From Bacillales bacterium (GTDB lineage Bacteria; Bacillota_I; Bacilli_A; RFN20; CAG-826): a DNA stretch of 64,000 nt. Below, in pieces: positions 18,928 to 28,449 of the stretch. The notes beneath the pieces were generated by a model, which had not been told where the DNA came from, did not search any database, and was given only the letters and a program-made list of their open reading frames with translations. Positions within the stretch are counted from its first letter, which is position 1, and each line of letters begins with the position of its first letter. The stretch is taken from positions 2,900-66,899 of the forward strand of contig JAEESX010000001.1 of the NCBI GenBank assembly GCA_016290145.1, in the 5' to 3' direction. A program made the position numbers and the translations under genes.

Positions 18928-21333
18928 TTATTTAACCTTTTCCAATTTCCAAATTTCTTCAGCGTATTGTTTGATGGTTCTATCGCTTGTGAACTTACCA
19001 CTGTTAGCGATATTCATTAAGCACATACGTTGCCAGTTGGTTTTATTTTGATAGAGTTCACTGACTTTTTCTTGGGCTTTAACATAACTGTCGAAGTCTT
19101 TGAGAATGAAGTAGCAATCTCTGTTATTCATAATTTCATCAAAGATCATTCTGAACTTGTCTGGACGGTAATTTGTCCATTCGCCAGAGAATAAGGAATC
19201 TAAGACGTTCTTCACTCTATAGTCGGAATTATAAATATCCCATGGGTTATAAGAACCGTTTCTATTGAGTTCTTCAACATCTTCATTTCTTAAACCGAAG
19301 ATAACTTCGTTGTCTTCACCTGCGGATTCAGCGATTTCAATATTGGCACCATCCATTGTGCCTAATGTCACCGCACCATTCATCATGAGTTTCATGTTGG
19401 AGGTACCACTAGCTTCTTTACCGGCTGTGGAGATTTGTTCAGAGACATCAGCAGCAGGAATGATGAGTTCTGCTAAAGAGACACCATAGTTTTCGATAAA
19501 GACGACTTTTAAGTATTTACTGATTTCTTCATCGTTATTAATAACGTTAGCGACAGCGAGGATTAATTCGATAATCTTCTTCGCGTACACGTAACTAGGT
19601 GCGGCTTTTGCGCCAAAGATGTATGTGTGAGGATAAATTCTAAAGGAATCATCCGATTTCATTCTTTGGTAGAGATACATAACGTGGAAAATATTGAGCA
19701 ATTGACGTTTATAGGCGTGTAGACGCTTAATTTGTACATCAAAGATGGAATTCACATCGAGGTCGATATCGAGCGTTTCTTTGACGTATTTTGCTAATGC
19801 TTTCTTGTTATTGAGTTTGATCTTGCCGAGCTCTTTTAAAACTTCTTTGTTATCAGCGTATTTTTCAAACGCTTTAATCTTTTCCATATTGGTGTACCAA
19901 GATTCACCAATCTTAGAAGTGATTAGCTTAGCAAGTTCAGGGTTAGAGTTCATTAACCATCTACGATGAGTAACACCGTTTGTCTTGTTATTGAACTTTT
20001 CAGGCATGAATTTATAGAATTCTTTAAATGTTGATGCCTTTAAGATTTCTGTGTGTAAAGCGGCAACGCCGTTCACGGAGAAGGCTGTATAGATGGCTAA
20101 ATTAGTCATATGGATTTGACCATCTTTGATGATGTTCATCGCATATCTTTCACCATCATTAACACCCATCGCATTCATTTGGATATTGAAACGACGGTTG
20201 ATTTCTTCAATGATCATGAAACAACGTGGGATTAAGTTTTGGACATAGTTAACTGGCCATTTTTCTAACGCTTCCGCCATAACGGTGTGGTTAGTGTAAG
20301 CCATACATTGTCTGACTTCTTCCCAGGATTCATCCCAGCCCATGCCGTATTCATCCATCATGACTCTCATCATTTCAGGAATGGCTAAGATTGGGTGTGT
20401 ATCATTTAATTGGAACACATAGTGTTCATGAATACCTTTTAATGTACCATGGTGTTTATAGTAACTCTTTAATGTGCATTGAATACCACTACTAACGAGG
20501 AAGTATTGTTGTCTTAAACGTAAAATACGACCATGTTCTGTGGAATCGTCTGGATATAAACCATGGCATAATTCTTCTAATGTTCTTAAGTAATCTTCGA
20601 AAGAAACATCTTTTGGCAAATGGTGAGTAGTTGGTTCAGCGTTCCAAAGTCTTAAAGAGTTTGTGACGTGATTTCTATAACCAACAACTGGAATATCATA
20701 TGGAACTGCGCGGACCACAACTGCATTAGCAGTTCTAATCGCATAACTTCCATCTGGTTTTAAATAAGTTTCTGGGTTTCCATAGAAAGAAACTTCAACT
20801 TCATATTTAGGACGTCTAATTTCCCAAACGTTACCATTGGTTAACCATTGATCTGGGAATTCTTTTTGCTTTCCGTCGATAATTCTTTGACGGAAGAAAC
20901 CATATTGATAACGGATACAGTTACCATGGCCTAAGTATCCTAAAGAAGCGATGGAATCTAAGAAACAGGCCGCTAAACGACCTAAACCACCGTTACCTAA
21001 ACCGGCATCGGTTTCTTGTTCTTCGAGTTCATGGATATTCATACCCATATCTTTTAAGCCTTCTTTGGCTACTTCGTAGATACCCATGTTTTGCATGTTA
21101 TTAACTAAAAGACGGCCAATTAAGAATTCCATGGAGAAATAGATTAATGTCTTTTGGTCTCTTTTAATGGATTTATTTCTGGTGTGGCCCCAGTCGACGT
21201 TTGCGTAGTCTCTGACCATTTCACCTAAAATTGCGTATCTCTCGGAAATGTGGCTGTCGCTCACGGACACGCCATAGCGCTCGAGCATGCGCTCAGTAAA
21301 AGCTTTCTTGAAAGCAGCTTTGTTTTCAAACAT
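18928..21333 (-). CDS. glgP: Alpha-glucan (glycogen/maltodextrin) phosphorylase, GT35
   Basis: 801 aa with the pyridoxal-phosphate site EASGTSNMKLMMNGA and an N-terminal GT35 region. Confidence 0.9.
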   Translation of the reverse strand: MFENKAAFKKAFTERMLERYGVSVSDSHISERYAILGEMVRDYANVDWGHTRNKSIKRDQKTLIYFSMEFLIGRLLVNNMQNMGIYEVAKEGLKDMGMNIHELEEQETDAGLGNGGLGRLAACFLDSIASLGYLGHGNCIRYQYGFFRQRIIDGKQKEFPDQWLTNGNVWEIRRPKYEVEVSFYGNPETYLKPDGSYAIRTANAVVVRAVPYDIPVVGYRNHVTNSLRLWNAEPTTHHLPKDVSFEDYLRTLEELCHGLYPDDSTEHGRILRLRQQYFLVSSGIQCTLKSYYKHHGTLKGIHEHYVFQLNDTHPILAIPEMMRVMMDEYGMGWDESWEEVRQCMAYTNHTVMAEALEKWPVNYVQNLIPRCFMIIEEINRRFNIQMNAMGVNDGERYAMNIIKDGQIHMTNLAIYTAFSVNGVAALHTEILKASTFKEFYKFMPEKFNNKTNGVTHRRWLMNSNPELAKLITSKIGESWYTNMEKIKAFEKYADNKEVLKELGKIKLNNKKALAKYVKETLDIDLDVNSIFDVQIKRLHAYKRQLLNIFHVMYLYQRMKSDDSFRIYPHTYIFGAKAAPSYVYAKKIIELILAVANVINNDEEISKYLKVVFIENYGVSLAELIIPAADVSEQISTAGKEASGTSNMKLMMNGAVTLGTMDGANIEIAESAGEDNEVIFGLRNEDVEELNRNGSYNPWDIYNSDYRVKNVLDSLFSGEWTNYRPDKFRMIFDEIMNNRDCYFILKDFDSYVKAQEKVSELYQNKTNWQRMCLMNIANSGKFTSDRTIKQYAEEIWKLEKVK

Positions 21334-21356
21334 ATATGTTAAACTCCCTTAAATTT

Positions 21357-23270
21357 CTATTTTTTCTTGGTAGTTTTCTTTACGACTTTCTTCTTATTCT
21401 CTGTTTTAAGACGGAAGATACAAGCACCTAAGCAAGCAAGTTTAATGCTGATATGTGCTGGTAAACCTTCGAAACTACCTGGTTCACTCTTAACAGGTAA
21501 ACCATTATATTGACCCCAGCCACTATAGATGTCTTTGTCAGAGTTGAATATTTCTTCATATTCACCCTGTTCAATGACTGGAATACTTATGTAATCATAA
21601 TAATTTGTGGTCATGTTGTAAACAAATACCAAAACATCATCATCAACTTTTCTTTCAAAAGCAAAGACGGATTGGTCCTTGTTATCCACCATTAACCAAT
21701 GGAATCTCTCTGGATTATGTTCTTGATAATGCATGGCTTTATGATACTTATAGATTTCATTTAAGTCATGAATCATACGACTCAAAGAGTCGTGTTTTGG
21801 GAATTGTTTCAAATTCCATTGTAATCCACGGTTTTCATTCCATTCATCAAATGTACCAAGTTCGTTACCCATAAAGTTGAGTTTCTTTCCTGGGTGTCCG
21901 TATTGGTATGTATATAAATTTCTGAGAAGAGCGAATTTTTGATCATAATCGCCCCACATCTTATTAATAATTGTGCCTTTTCCATGAACGACTTCGTCGT
22001 GAGAAAGAGGAAGCATAAAATTATCAGCGTAGAAATACGCCATAGAGAATGTGAGTTTGTTATGGTCATATTTCTTGTAGATTGGATCAAGTGCGTAGTA
22101 CTTAAGTGTGTCATTCATCCAACCTAAGTCCCATTTATAGTCAAATCCTAAACCACCTTGTTCAGTTGGCTTTGTGGTTCCGGCGAATGCTGTGGAGTCT
22201 TCCGCAATCATCATGACTGAGTCATGGGCGATATGTATCTTGGCGTTAAGTCTCTTAATGAATTCAACCGCACCATCATTAAGTCCGATAGAGGAATCAC
22301 CGTTGTAATAAATGATATTGCTCACCGCATCGACGCGTACGCCGTCGAAATGGAAGTAATCGACGAAGTAATTGATTGCGCTCATTAAGAAGCTTCTAAC
22401 AGGGTCTTTTCCTAAATCAAATTGATATGAGCCCCAAGGAGAAACTCTCCAACGGTTGTTATATTCAAACATCTTTGTGCCATCGTATTCTGCTAATGCC
22501 CATTTATCTTTTGCGAAGTGGACAGGAGCAAAGTCGATAATCGCACCGATACCGGCTTGATGTAATCTATCGATTAAACTCATTAATTGGAATGGATTTC
22601 CATATTTGCTATCAACGGCAAAGAAACCAGTTCCTTGATATCCCCAAGAACCATCGAATGGGTGATGGATTAATGGCATAAATTCAACATGGGTGTAACC
22701 CATACCTTTAATATATGGGATTAACTTATCGGCGATTTCTTCATAGCTTAAGGTATGGCCATCTTCAGCTTTGCCATACCAAGAACCTAAGTGCATTTCA
22801 TAAATAGACATTGCACTATCGAAGTTACGGGTTCTTGATTTCATCCATGGATCATCGTGCCATGCGAAGTTTGTATTATCGAATAACTTAGAACATGTAC
22901 CAGGTCTTACTTCTGCGAAGAAGGCAAATGGGTCAATCTTATCGACATATTTACCTTTAGCGTTTAAGAAATGGAATTTATATGATTGATAATTTTGTAG
23001 TCCTGGAACGAATACTTCCCAGATACCACAATCATCGATTTTATTCATTTTATTTGCGCCGACATCCCAGCCATTCCATTCACCGATGACAGAAACGTCG
23101 TTTGCACATGGGGCATATAATCTAAAGACAACTCCATCAACGCCATTTTGTTTCACGAAATGAGCACCAAAATAGTTGTGAGCATCAATACATTGACCCA
23201 TTAAGAAGTCATAAGTTAAACCGTAAGCCATATTAAAACCTCCGTAATAGCGAATCTTCGCCATATACAT
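21357..23270 (-). CDS. glgB: 1,4-alpha-glucan branching enzyme (GH13_9 with N-terminal CBM48)
   Basis: 637 aa with the GH13 region II HFDGVRVDAVSNIIY and the CBM48-like VIGEWNGWD. The probable true start is the internal MAYGLTYDF. Confidence 0.85.
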   Translation of the reverse strand: MYMAKIRYYGGFNMAYGLTYDFLMGQCIDAHNYFGAHFVKQNGVDGVVFRLYAPCANDVSVIGEWNGWDVGANKMNKIDDCGIWEVFVPGLQNYQSYKFHFLNAKGKYVDKIDPFAFFAEVRPGTCSKLFDNTNFAWHDDPWMKSRTRNFDSAMSIYEMHLGSWYGKAEDGHTLSYEEIADKLIPYIKGMGYTHVEFMPLIHHPFDGSWGYQGTGFFAVDSKYGNPFQLMSLIDRLHQAGIGAIIDFAPVHFAKDKWALAEYDGTKMFEYNNRWRVSPWGSYQFDLGKDPVRSFLMSAINYFVDYFHFDGVRVDAVSNIIYYNGDSSIGLNDGAVEFIKRLNAKIHIAHDSVMMIAEDSTAFAGTTKPTEQGGLGFDYKWDLGWMNDTLKYYALDPIYKKYDHNKLTFSMAYFYADNFMLPLSHDEVVHGKGTIINKMWGDYDQKFALLRNLYTYQYGHPGKKLNFMGNELGTFDEWNENRGLQWNLKQFPKHDSLSRMIHDLNEIYKYHKAMHYQEHNPERFHWLMVDNKDQSVFAFERKVDDDVLVFVYNMTTNYYDYISIPVIEQGEYEEIFNSDKDIYSGWGQYNGLPVKSEPGSFEGLPAHISIKLACLGACIFRLKTENKKKVVKKTTKKK

Positions 23271-23289
23271 AATAACACACGTACGCGAT

Positions 23290-23325
23290 AGACAAAAAGA
23301 AAAGTCGCTAGAAATCTAACGACTT
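23290..23325 (-). terminator. Putative terminator between malG and glgB
   Basis: Minus-strand stem AAGTCG(23320-23325 complement)/CGACTT(23302-23307 complement) followed by UUUCUUUUUGUC. Confidence 0.4.
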
Positions 23326-23348
23326 TATTCTTTTTAGTGTTTCTTTTA

Positions 23349-24329
23349 TTAGCCTTTAACTGCGCCGGCGGTAACACCTTCAACGTAGTATTTTTGTAAG
23401 GCCATAAATAATCCGACGATTGGGATACCGACAACGACACATCCTGCTGCGAAGATCGTGAACATAGAAGCATCATATTGGTTACCGTACATCATGGAGT
23501 AAAGACCAACAGAGACGGTCCACCAACCTGGGTTACCACCACCGATAATGACTTTGGCGAAGATGAAGTCCATCCATGGGCCAGTGAAGCTCATTAATGC
23601 GGTATAGATAATGATTGGTTTTGATAATGGAAGAATAATCTTCCAGAAGATCTTGCTGTTTGTGCAACCATCGAGTTTTGCGGATTCGACTAATGATGTT
23701 GGAATAACATCGAAGAAGCCTTTTGCAACTTGGAAGCCTAAGCCTGCACCTGCGGAGTAGGCGAGGACTAAACCAACGAGGTTGATCCATGCATTGTCAC
23801 CGGTATTACCGGTTAAACCGAAGGATTTTAATAAGTAGTAAATAGCAATCATGGACATGAATCCTGGGAATAAACCGAGAATCATTGTGATGTTCATAAA
23901 TGCTTTACGCATTTTGAATCTTAACTTAGACATACAGTATGCCACGGATAAGACTAATAATGTGGAAACGACACAGTCGATAACAGCGATGACTAATGTG
24001 TTAGCGAACCATCTTAAGAAATAGAAGTCCACGCCTAGCCAGCTGCCAGTGAATAATTCTTTAAAGGCGTCGATACCGAATGATGATGGGAAGTAATCGG
24101 AGGACACGATACCATGACCATTATCAAGGCCGCCTCTAAAGGCTGTAAGAACAATCCAAAGGATTGGGATGATCCAGACGATAGCCAAGATAGATAAGAC
24201 GATGTAAGAAAATACTAATGAAGTAATTTCCGCGCCTTTTTGGCTACGATATTTTTTCTTTTTTGGAGGAACTGCTGCGGAAGTCTCTACATCCATGACT
24301 TCTTGTTCCTTTAATACTTCTGTACTCAT
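23349..24329 (-). CDS. Maltodextrin ABC transporter permease (MalG-like)
   Basis: 326 aa, six TM, EAA loop motif ESAKLDGCTNSKIFWKIILPLSKP. Confidence 0.8.
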   Translation of the reverse strand: MSTEVLKEQEVMDVETSAAVPPKKKKYRSQKGAEITSLVFSYIVLSILAIVWIIPILWIVLTAFRGGLDNGHGIVSSDYFPSSFGIDAFKELFTGSWLGVDFYFLRWFANTLVIAVIDCVVSTLLVLSVAYCMSKLRFKMRKAFMNITMILGLFPGFMSMIAIYYLLKSFGLTGNTGDNAWINLVGLVLAYSAGAGLGFQVAKGFFDVIPTSLVESAKLDGCTNSKIFWKIILPLSKPIIIYTALMSFTGPWMDFIFAKVIIGGGNPGWWTVSVGLYSMMYGNQYDASMFTIFAAGCVVVGIPIVGLFMALQKYYVEGVTAGAVKG

Positions 24330-24330
24330 A

Positions 24331-25905
24331 TTATTGGAATGTATCCTCCTCGTTATAAGCTTTACTTCTTCTATAGGTGATCAATGTAATTGTCGCGGTG
24401 ATGATGAAGGTGAAGATACCAATAACAGCACCGGTGTTGTAATCACCATTTTCAATGGTTAATTTGTATAACCATGTGACTAATAAGTCTGTTTGACCAG
24501 CTTTATATGTCGCGCCTTCACTGACGATGGCAGGTCCACCACCTGTTAACAAGAAGATGGTATTGAATGAGTTGATGTTTCCAACGAAACTACCAATCAA
24601 GTATGGAGTGGTAATAAACACGACGTAAGGAAGAGTGATCTTGAAGAACATCTTTGGTTTACTTGTGCCATCCACTCTTGCGGCTTCATATAAGTCGGCA
24701 GGAATGTTCATTAAGATACCTGATGTCATTAACATTGTGTATGGAATACCAAGCCACATGTTGATGATAACAACCATCAAACGAGCAATCCATGGGTTAT
24801 CTCCTTGGTTTTGACCAAGGAAACTAATTGGATCCTTGATTAATCCAAAGTTAATTAATAGGGAGTTCACAGGACCTGTGCTCATTAAGAGGTTTCTCAT
24901 AATAAGCAAGGAAATGAATTGAGGAACGGCGATTGTAAGGATGAAGATTGTACGGAATACTTTCTTACCTTTTAAGCCTTTCTTATTAATTAAGACTGCG
25001 AGTAAGATACCACCGAAATAGCAGCTGAATGTTGCCAAGATAGCCCAGAGGAATGTCCAACCGAGAACTGGTAAGAATCTTGCGCCAATTTCAACACCTA
25101 AGCTAGATGCTTTGTCCATTGTGAAGATCGCTTTGAAGTTCGCGAAATGGGTCCAGTGGAATAAGGTAGTTCCTGCTGCGGTCATATCGAAATCGTTATA
25201 ACTTGTAAAGGCAATACAAATCATAAGTATTGTCGGTAATAACGTGAAGATTAAGGCCGCTAAACATGTTGGTGTTAACATTAAGATGTGGAAGCGGTTA
25301 TCGAACAACGCAAGGATATCATCCTTGAATGAGGATGGTTTGCGTCCTTCCTTAACAGCGGTATCTGCTAAGTAAGCGCTCTTGATGTTACTTAACCAAA
25401 CGATAATGTAAAGAATAATAATAGCGATAGTTGCTAACCCAACCAACATATAGAGGAATGAGTTAGGAGAACTGATAACGGTGTTAGGTGTCCATCTATT
25501 ATCTGGCACAATGTCAGCTTGGTTTAAGCCGAGATTAACAAGTGATTTCCAACCAGTTGGAATCATTGTGTTGTTTGGACCTTTAATGCCTGGGCAAAGC
25601 ACCATATAGAGGACAAATCCAACTTGTAACAACAAGTAGATAATGCCTTTAATGATTTGACCACGGAATAAGTTTCCTGAGCCAAAGATGAAATGGGAAA
25701 GTTTTGTTCCGATTGAGCCGTCAACGAATCTTTTACCAAAGGTAACGAAGAAGTTTTTGATACCTTTTCCAATCTTAATAAAGAATCCTGGAAGAGTCTT
25801 TACAAAGAAATTTGGAATGCTCTTGGTGAAGAATCTGACAAATCCACGGCCAAAGCGAACAAATATGTTCTCTTTTTTATAAGATTTTTCAACTATTTCA
25901 GCCAT
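24331..25905 (-). CDS. Maltodextrin ABC transporter permease (MalF-like, long N-terminal extension)
   Basis: 524 aa with the EAA motif EAARVDGTSKPKMFFKITLP and an extra N-terminal TM region as in MalF. Confidence 0.8.
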   Translation of the reverse strand: MAEIVEKSYKKENIFVRFGRGFVRFFTKSIPNFFVKTLPGFFIKIGKGIKNFFVTFGKRFVDGSIGTKLSHFIFGSGNLFRGQIIKGIIYLLLQVGFVLYMVLCPGIKGPNNTMIPTGWKSLVNLGLNQADIVPDNRWTPNTVISSPNSFLYMLVGLATIAIIILYIIVWLSNIKSAYLADTAVKEGRKPSSFKDDILALFDNRFHILMLTPTCLAALIFTLLPTILMICIAFTSYNDFDMTAAGTTLFHWTHFANFKAIFTMDKASSLGVEIGARFLPVLGWTFLWAILATFSCYFGGILLAVLINKKGLKGKKVFRTIFILTIAVPQFISLLIMRNLLMSTGPVNSLLINFGLIKDPISFLGQNQGDNPWIARLMVVIINMWLGIPYTMLMTSGILMNIPADLYEAARVDGTSKPKMFFKITLPYVVFITTPYLIGSFVGNINSFNTIFLLTGGGPAIVSEGATYKAGQTDLLVTWLYKLTIENGDYNTGAVIGIFTFIITATITLITYRRSKAYNEEDTFQ

Positions 25906-25930
25906 ATAGTTCCTCCTTTCTAAACATTAT

Positions 25931-27427
25931 TTATTTACGTTTTTCTGTTGTTTCTGCTGGATAAGAAGATGGGTATTTGTCCTTTGCAGGAGTGGCACCG
26001 TGTTTCCAAACGTATTCCATCTTGAATAAAACTTCACGGATGGATTGAACTGAGTCACCACTACCATTTTTCTTAATGCATTGGACGTAGTAGTCTGGGC
26101 AGTTTTTGGAATAGTAATAAGTATTAAGAGTACCTGTGGAGAATGGTTGAGGAATGCCATAAGGTGTCATTCCGGTTTGAGCCTTCGCCATGGAGAGAAC
26201 TGATGCACTGACATCATCTGTTGTTAATGTAGCGATGTATTCATCAGAGCCCATATATGCAGGCACGTTGTACGCTTCTTTGAATGATTGTTGTTGGCTT
26301 GTCTTATTAGAGAAATACTTTAAGACTTGGCAAATCTTTGTGTATTTTTCTGGATTACCAGAAACGCTTGCCATATTAACGACGAAGCACTTGCAGTCAA
26401 CGAAGGAACCACCACGTAAGACTGTACCAGCTGTTGGAGCTGGGTCGACCTTACCTCTGAGTTCTTCTGGTAAGCCTAGATCATTTGGATAATTGACTTG
26501 TTCAATACCAGCGACATCTTCGGATGTTAATGTAAATGTTGGGATTGGAGCACAGCCGACATTTTCTTCACCAACTGCAGCTTTGAATGCGTTGAAGTGC
26601 CAAGCACCACCGATAACAGATAATGACTTGTGGTTGTTAATGAGGTTGTCCCATGTCGCACCACCAAAGTCGAATGTTGTACCATTTTTGTTTTCTAAGA
26701 CTCTTTGCATCCATTTAACGACAGCGACTTGTTCGTTGAATTGGTTGTAACAGTCATAACGATCACCGGCTTCGTAAAGTCTTAATTCGGAGATATTACC
26801 AGCGGTGATATTTCTATGTAGCACTGAGAATGAGAAGTTATATCCATCAACACCAGTGTTGATAAATGCTTTTGTGCCATCAGCACCATATGTAGAATCA
26901 TAGTTTGCTGCAGCTTGCATTAAACCTTCAAAGCTTTGAGCTTGTTCATCGCTTACATAACGTGTGTCGTAATATAAGAACAAAGCTTGGGAGATATAAG
27001 GAACGGCGAATGTGTAATTGAATCTATCGTCATTACCTAAGATGTTTGTAATTGCTTTTAAGAATTCTGGTGAGTTATCAGCGTCGATTTGTGCAGATAA
27101 GCCATCATCATAACTATCAACGATTGGAGCGATATAGGAGAGTTGAGATAATTTACCAATGTTATCGTGGGCAATAGTAACAGCATCACCAACAGCGGTA
27201 TTATCTTGAATCATACTTGCTGCGGCAGTACCGGTATCAGCACCAACGATACTGATTTCATAGCCAAATTCTGGATTTGCTTCTTTAAAGGCCGCAGCTA
27301 ACTTGGTGTAAACTTCGACTGATTCAGAACCAACCCAAATAACGATTTTCTTACCTGAACAAGCGGTAATTGTGTTCAAGCACAAAAATACTAAACCGGA
27401 ACATAAAAACAAAGATTTCTTTTTCAT
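25931..27427 (-). CDS. Extracellular solute-binding lipoprotein of the ABC importer (MalE-like, large)
   Basis: 498 aa with signal peptide and lipobox LNTITAC. Adjacent to the MalF/MalG permeases. Confidence 0.7.
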   Translation of the reverse strand: MKKKSLFLCSGLVFLCLNTITACSGKKIVIWVGSESVEVYTKLAAAFKEANPEFGYEISIVGADTGTAAASMIQDNTAVGDAVTIAHDNIGKLSQLSYIAPIVDSYDDGLSAQIDADNSPEFLKAITNILGNDDRFNYTFAVPYISQALFLYYDTRYVSDEQAQSFEGLMQAAANYDSTYGADGTKAFINTGVDGYNFSFSVLHRNITAGNISELRLYEAGDRYDCYNQFNEQVAVVKWMQRVLENKNGTTFDFGGATWDNLINNHKSLSVIGGAWHFNAFKAAVGEENVGCAPIPTFTLTSEDVAGIEQVNYPNDLGLPEELRGKVDPAPTAGTVLRGGSFVDCKCFVVNMASVSGNPEKYTKICQVLKYFSNKTSQQQSFKEAYNVPAYMGSDEYIATLTTDDVSASVLSMAKAQTGMTPYGIPQPFSTGTLNTYYYSKNCPDYYVQCIKKNGSGDSVQSIREVLFKMEYVWKHGATPAKDKYPSSYPAETTEKRK

Positions 27428-27531
27428 AAATTATCTCCTCTATTTTTAGCTTTTGTTGTATTCATATTTATTATAGTTTTCATAAATGAAATATACAATA
27501 TTCATTTTTCTCCTTATATGTAATATAAAGC

Positions 27532-28419
27532 CTATTGTTCGCTTAGTGGAATATAAGTCCTTTTATCAATAACTTTTGTGACTGAAACAAAATCGTGAAG
27601 AGTTCTTCCGTTTTTGCGATCAATTAAGGTGATGATGAATAAAACACCTGGGATTAATAAAATTGGAAGAATAATTGTAAATCCACTTAAGAATAAATAA
27701 GGTAATGCGCCTTCCACAATGAATTGGAAGAAGAAACGGCCTAAAACCTGGTACCACTTCGCAGGAACATAATATTTACTATTAATAAGTTGTGTACCCG
27801 CAAAGAGCTTGCCAAGTGTGGCTCTCCTCTTATTAAGAAGAGGAACCATAAGTAAGAAAATACCCATGGAAATAAAGCCTGCTAAGCAAGTAATTCCATA
27901 TTCCATTAAACGATAATCAAAGGAACAAGCACTATAATTTGCATCGGCCTTAACAGCCTTTGCGTAAGCGGTTTTAACTTCATCAGATATAGTTTCATTG
28001 TCTACGACAACATACTTATATCCAGACTCGTCTGCTTCATGAACTAGATAGGTTGTATATAGTCCATAAGAAGGATCGTTTTCGTATACTTTATGACCAT
28101 ATGTTTCACCACTACCTTCAACGAGTTCGGTGACCTTGTAATTATCTTGGATATACACCATGGCTTCTTTGTTTTCTCTTAAGCCATTACCCATTGGAGA
28201 AATGGAGAGTAAAAAGAACAAACCAAAAATCGCTAAAACTAAACAACAAAGGTCAATTAAACCACCAGCAATACGCATCATAAAATGAGGCTTACTATTA
28301 TCTGGTAATGTTGTTGTATTAACGTGTTTTTGAGCAGGTTTTTGCTCGACATTATTTAAAGTAACGTCGGTAGTTTTATCCACTGGTTCCATATGATAAG
28401 TATTATTAAAAACCACCAT
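27532..28419 (-). CDS. RDD-family membrane protein
   Basis: 295 aa with N-terminal MRIAGGLIDLCCL and C-terminal RRATLGKLFAGT and NGRTLHDFVSVTKVI motifs typical of the RDD family. Sits between malK and malE. Confidence 0.5.
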   Translation of the reverse strand: MVVFNNTYHMEPVDKTTDVTLNNVEQKPAQKHVNTTTLPDNSKPHFMMRIAGGLIDLCCLVLAIFGLFFLLSISPMGNGLRENKEAMVYIQDNYKVTELVEGSGETYGHKVYENDPSYGLYTTYLVHEADESGYKYVVVDNETISDEVKTAYAKAVKADANYSACSFDYRLMEYGITCLAGFISMGIFLLMVPLLNKRRATLGKLFAGTQLINSKYYVPAKWYQVLGRFFFQFIVEGALPYLFLSGFTIILPILLIPGVLFIITLIDRKNGRTLHDFVSVTKVIDKRTYIPLSEQ

Positions 28420-28449
28420 AAAGGTGGTTTAAGTTGTGTATTTTACAGA

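Noticed and set aside
23216-23790. Two 85-86-aa minus-strand ORFs overlapping glgB/malG in alternative frames (23216..23476 and 23533..23790).
   Set aside because: They lie in the wrong frame within or overlapping a well-supported permease gene. Their Arg/Leu/Trp-rich composition is typical of off-frame translation.
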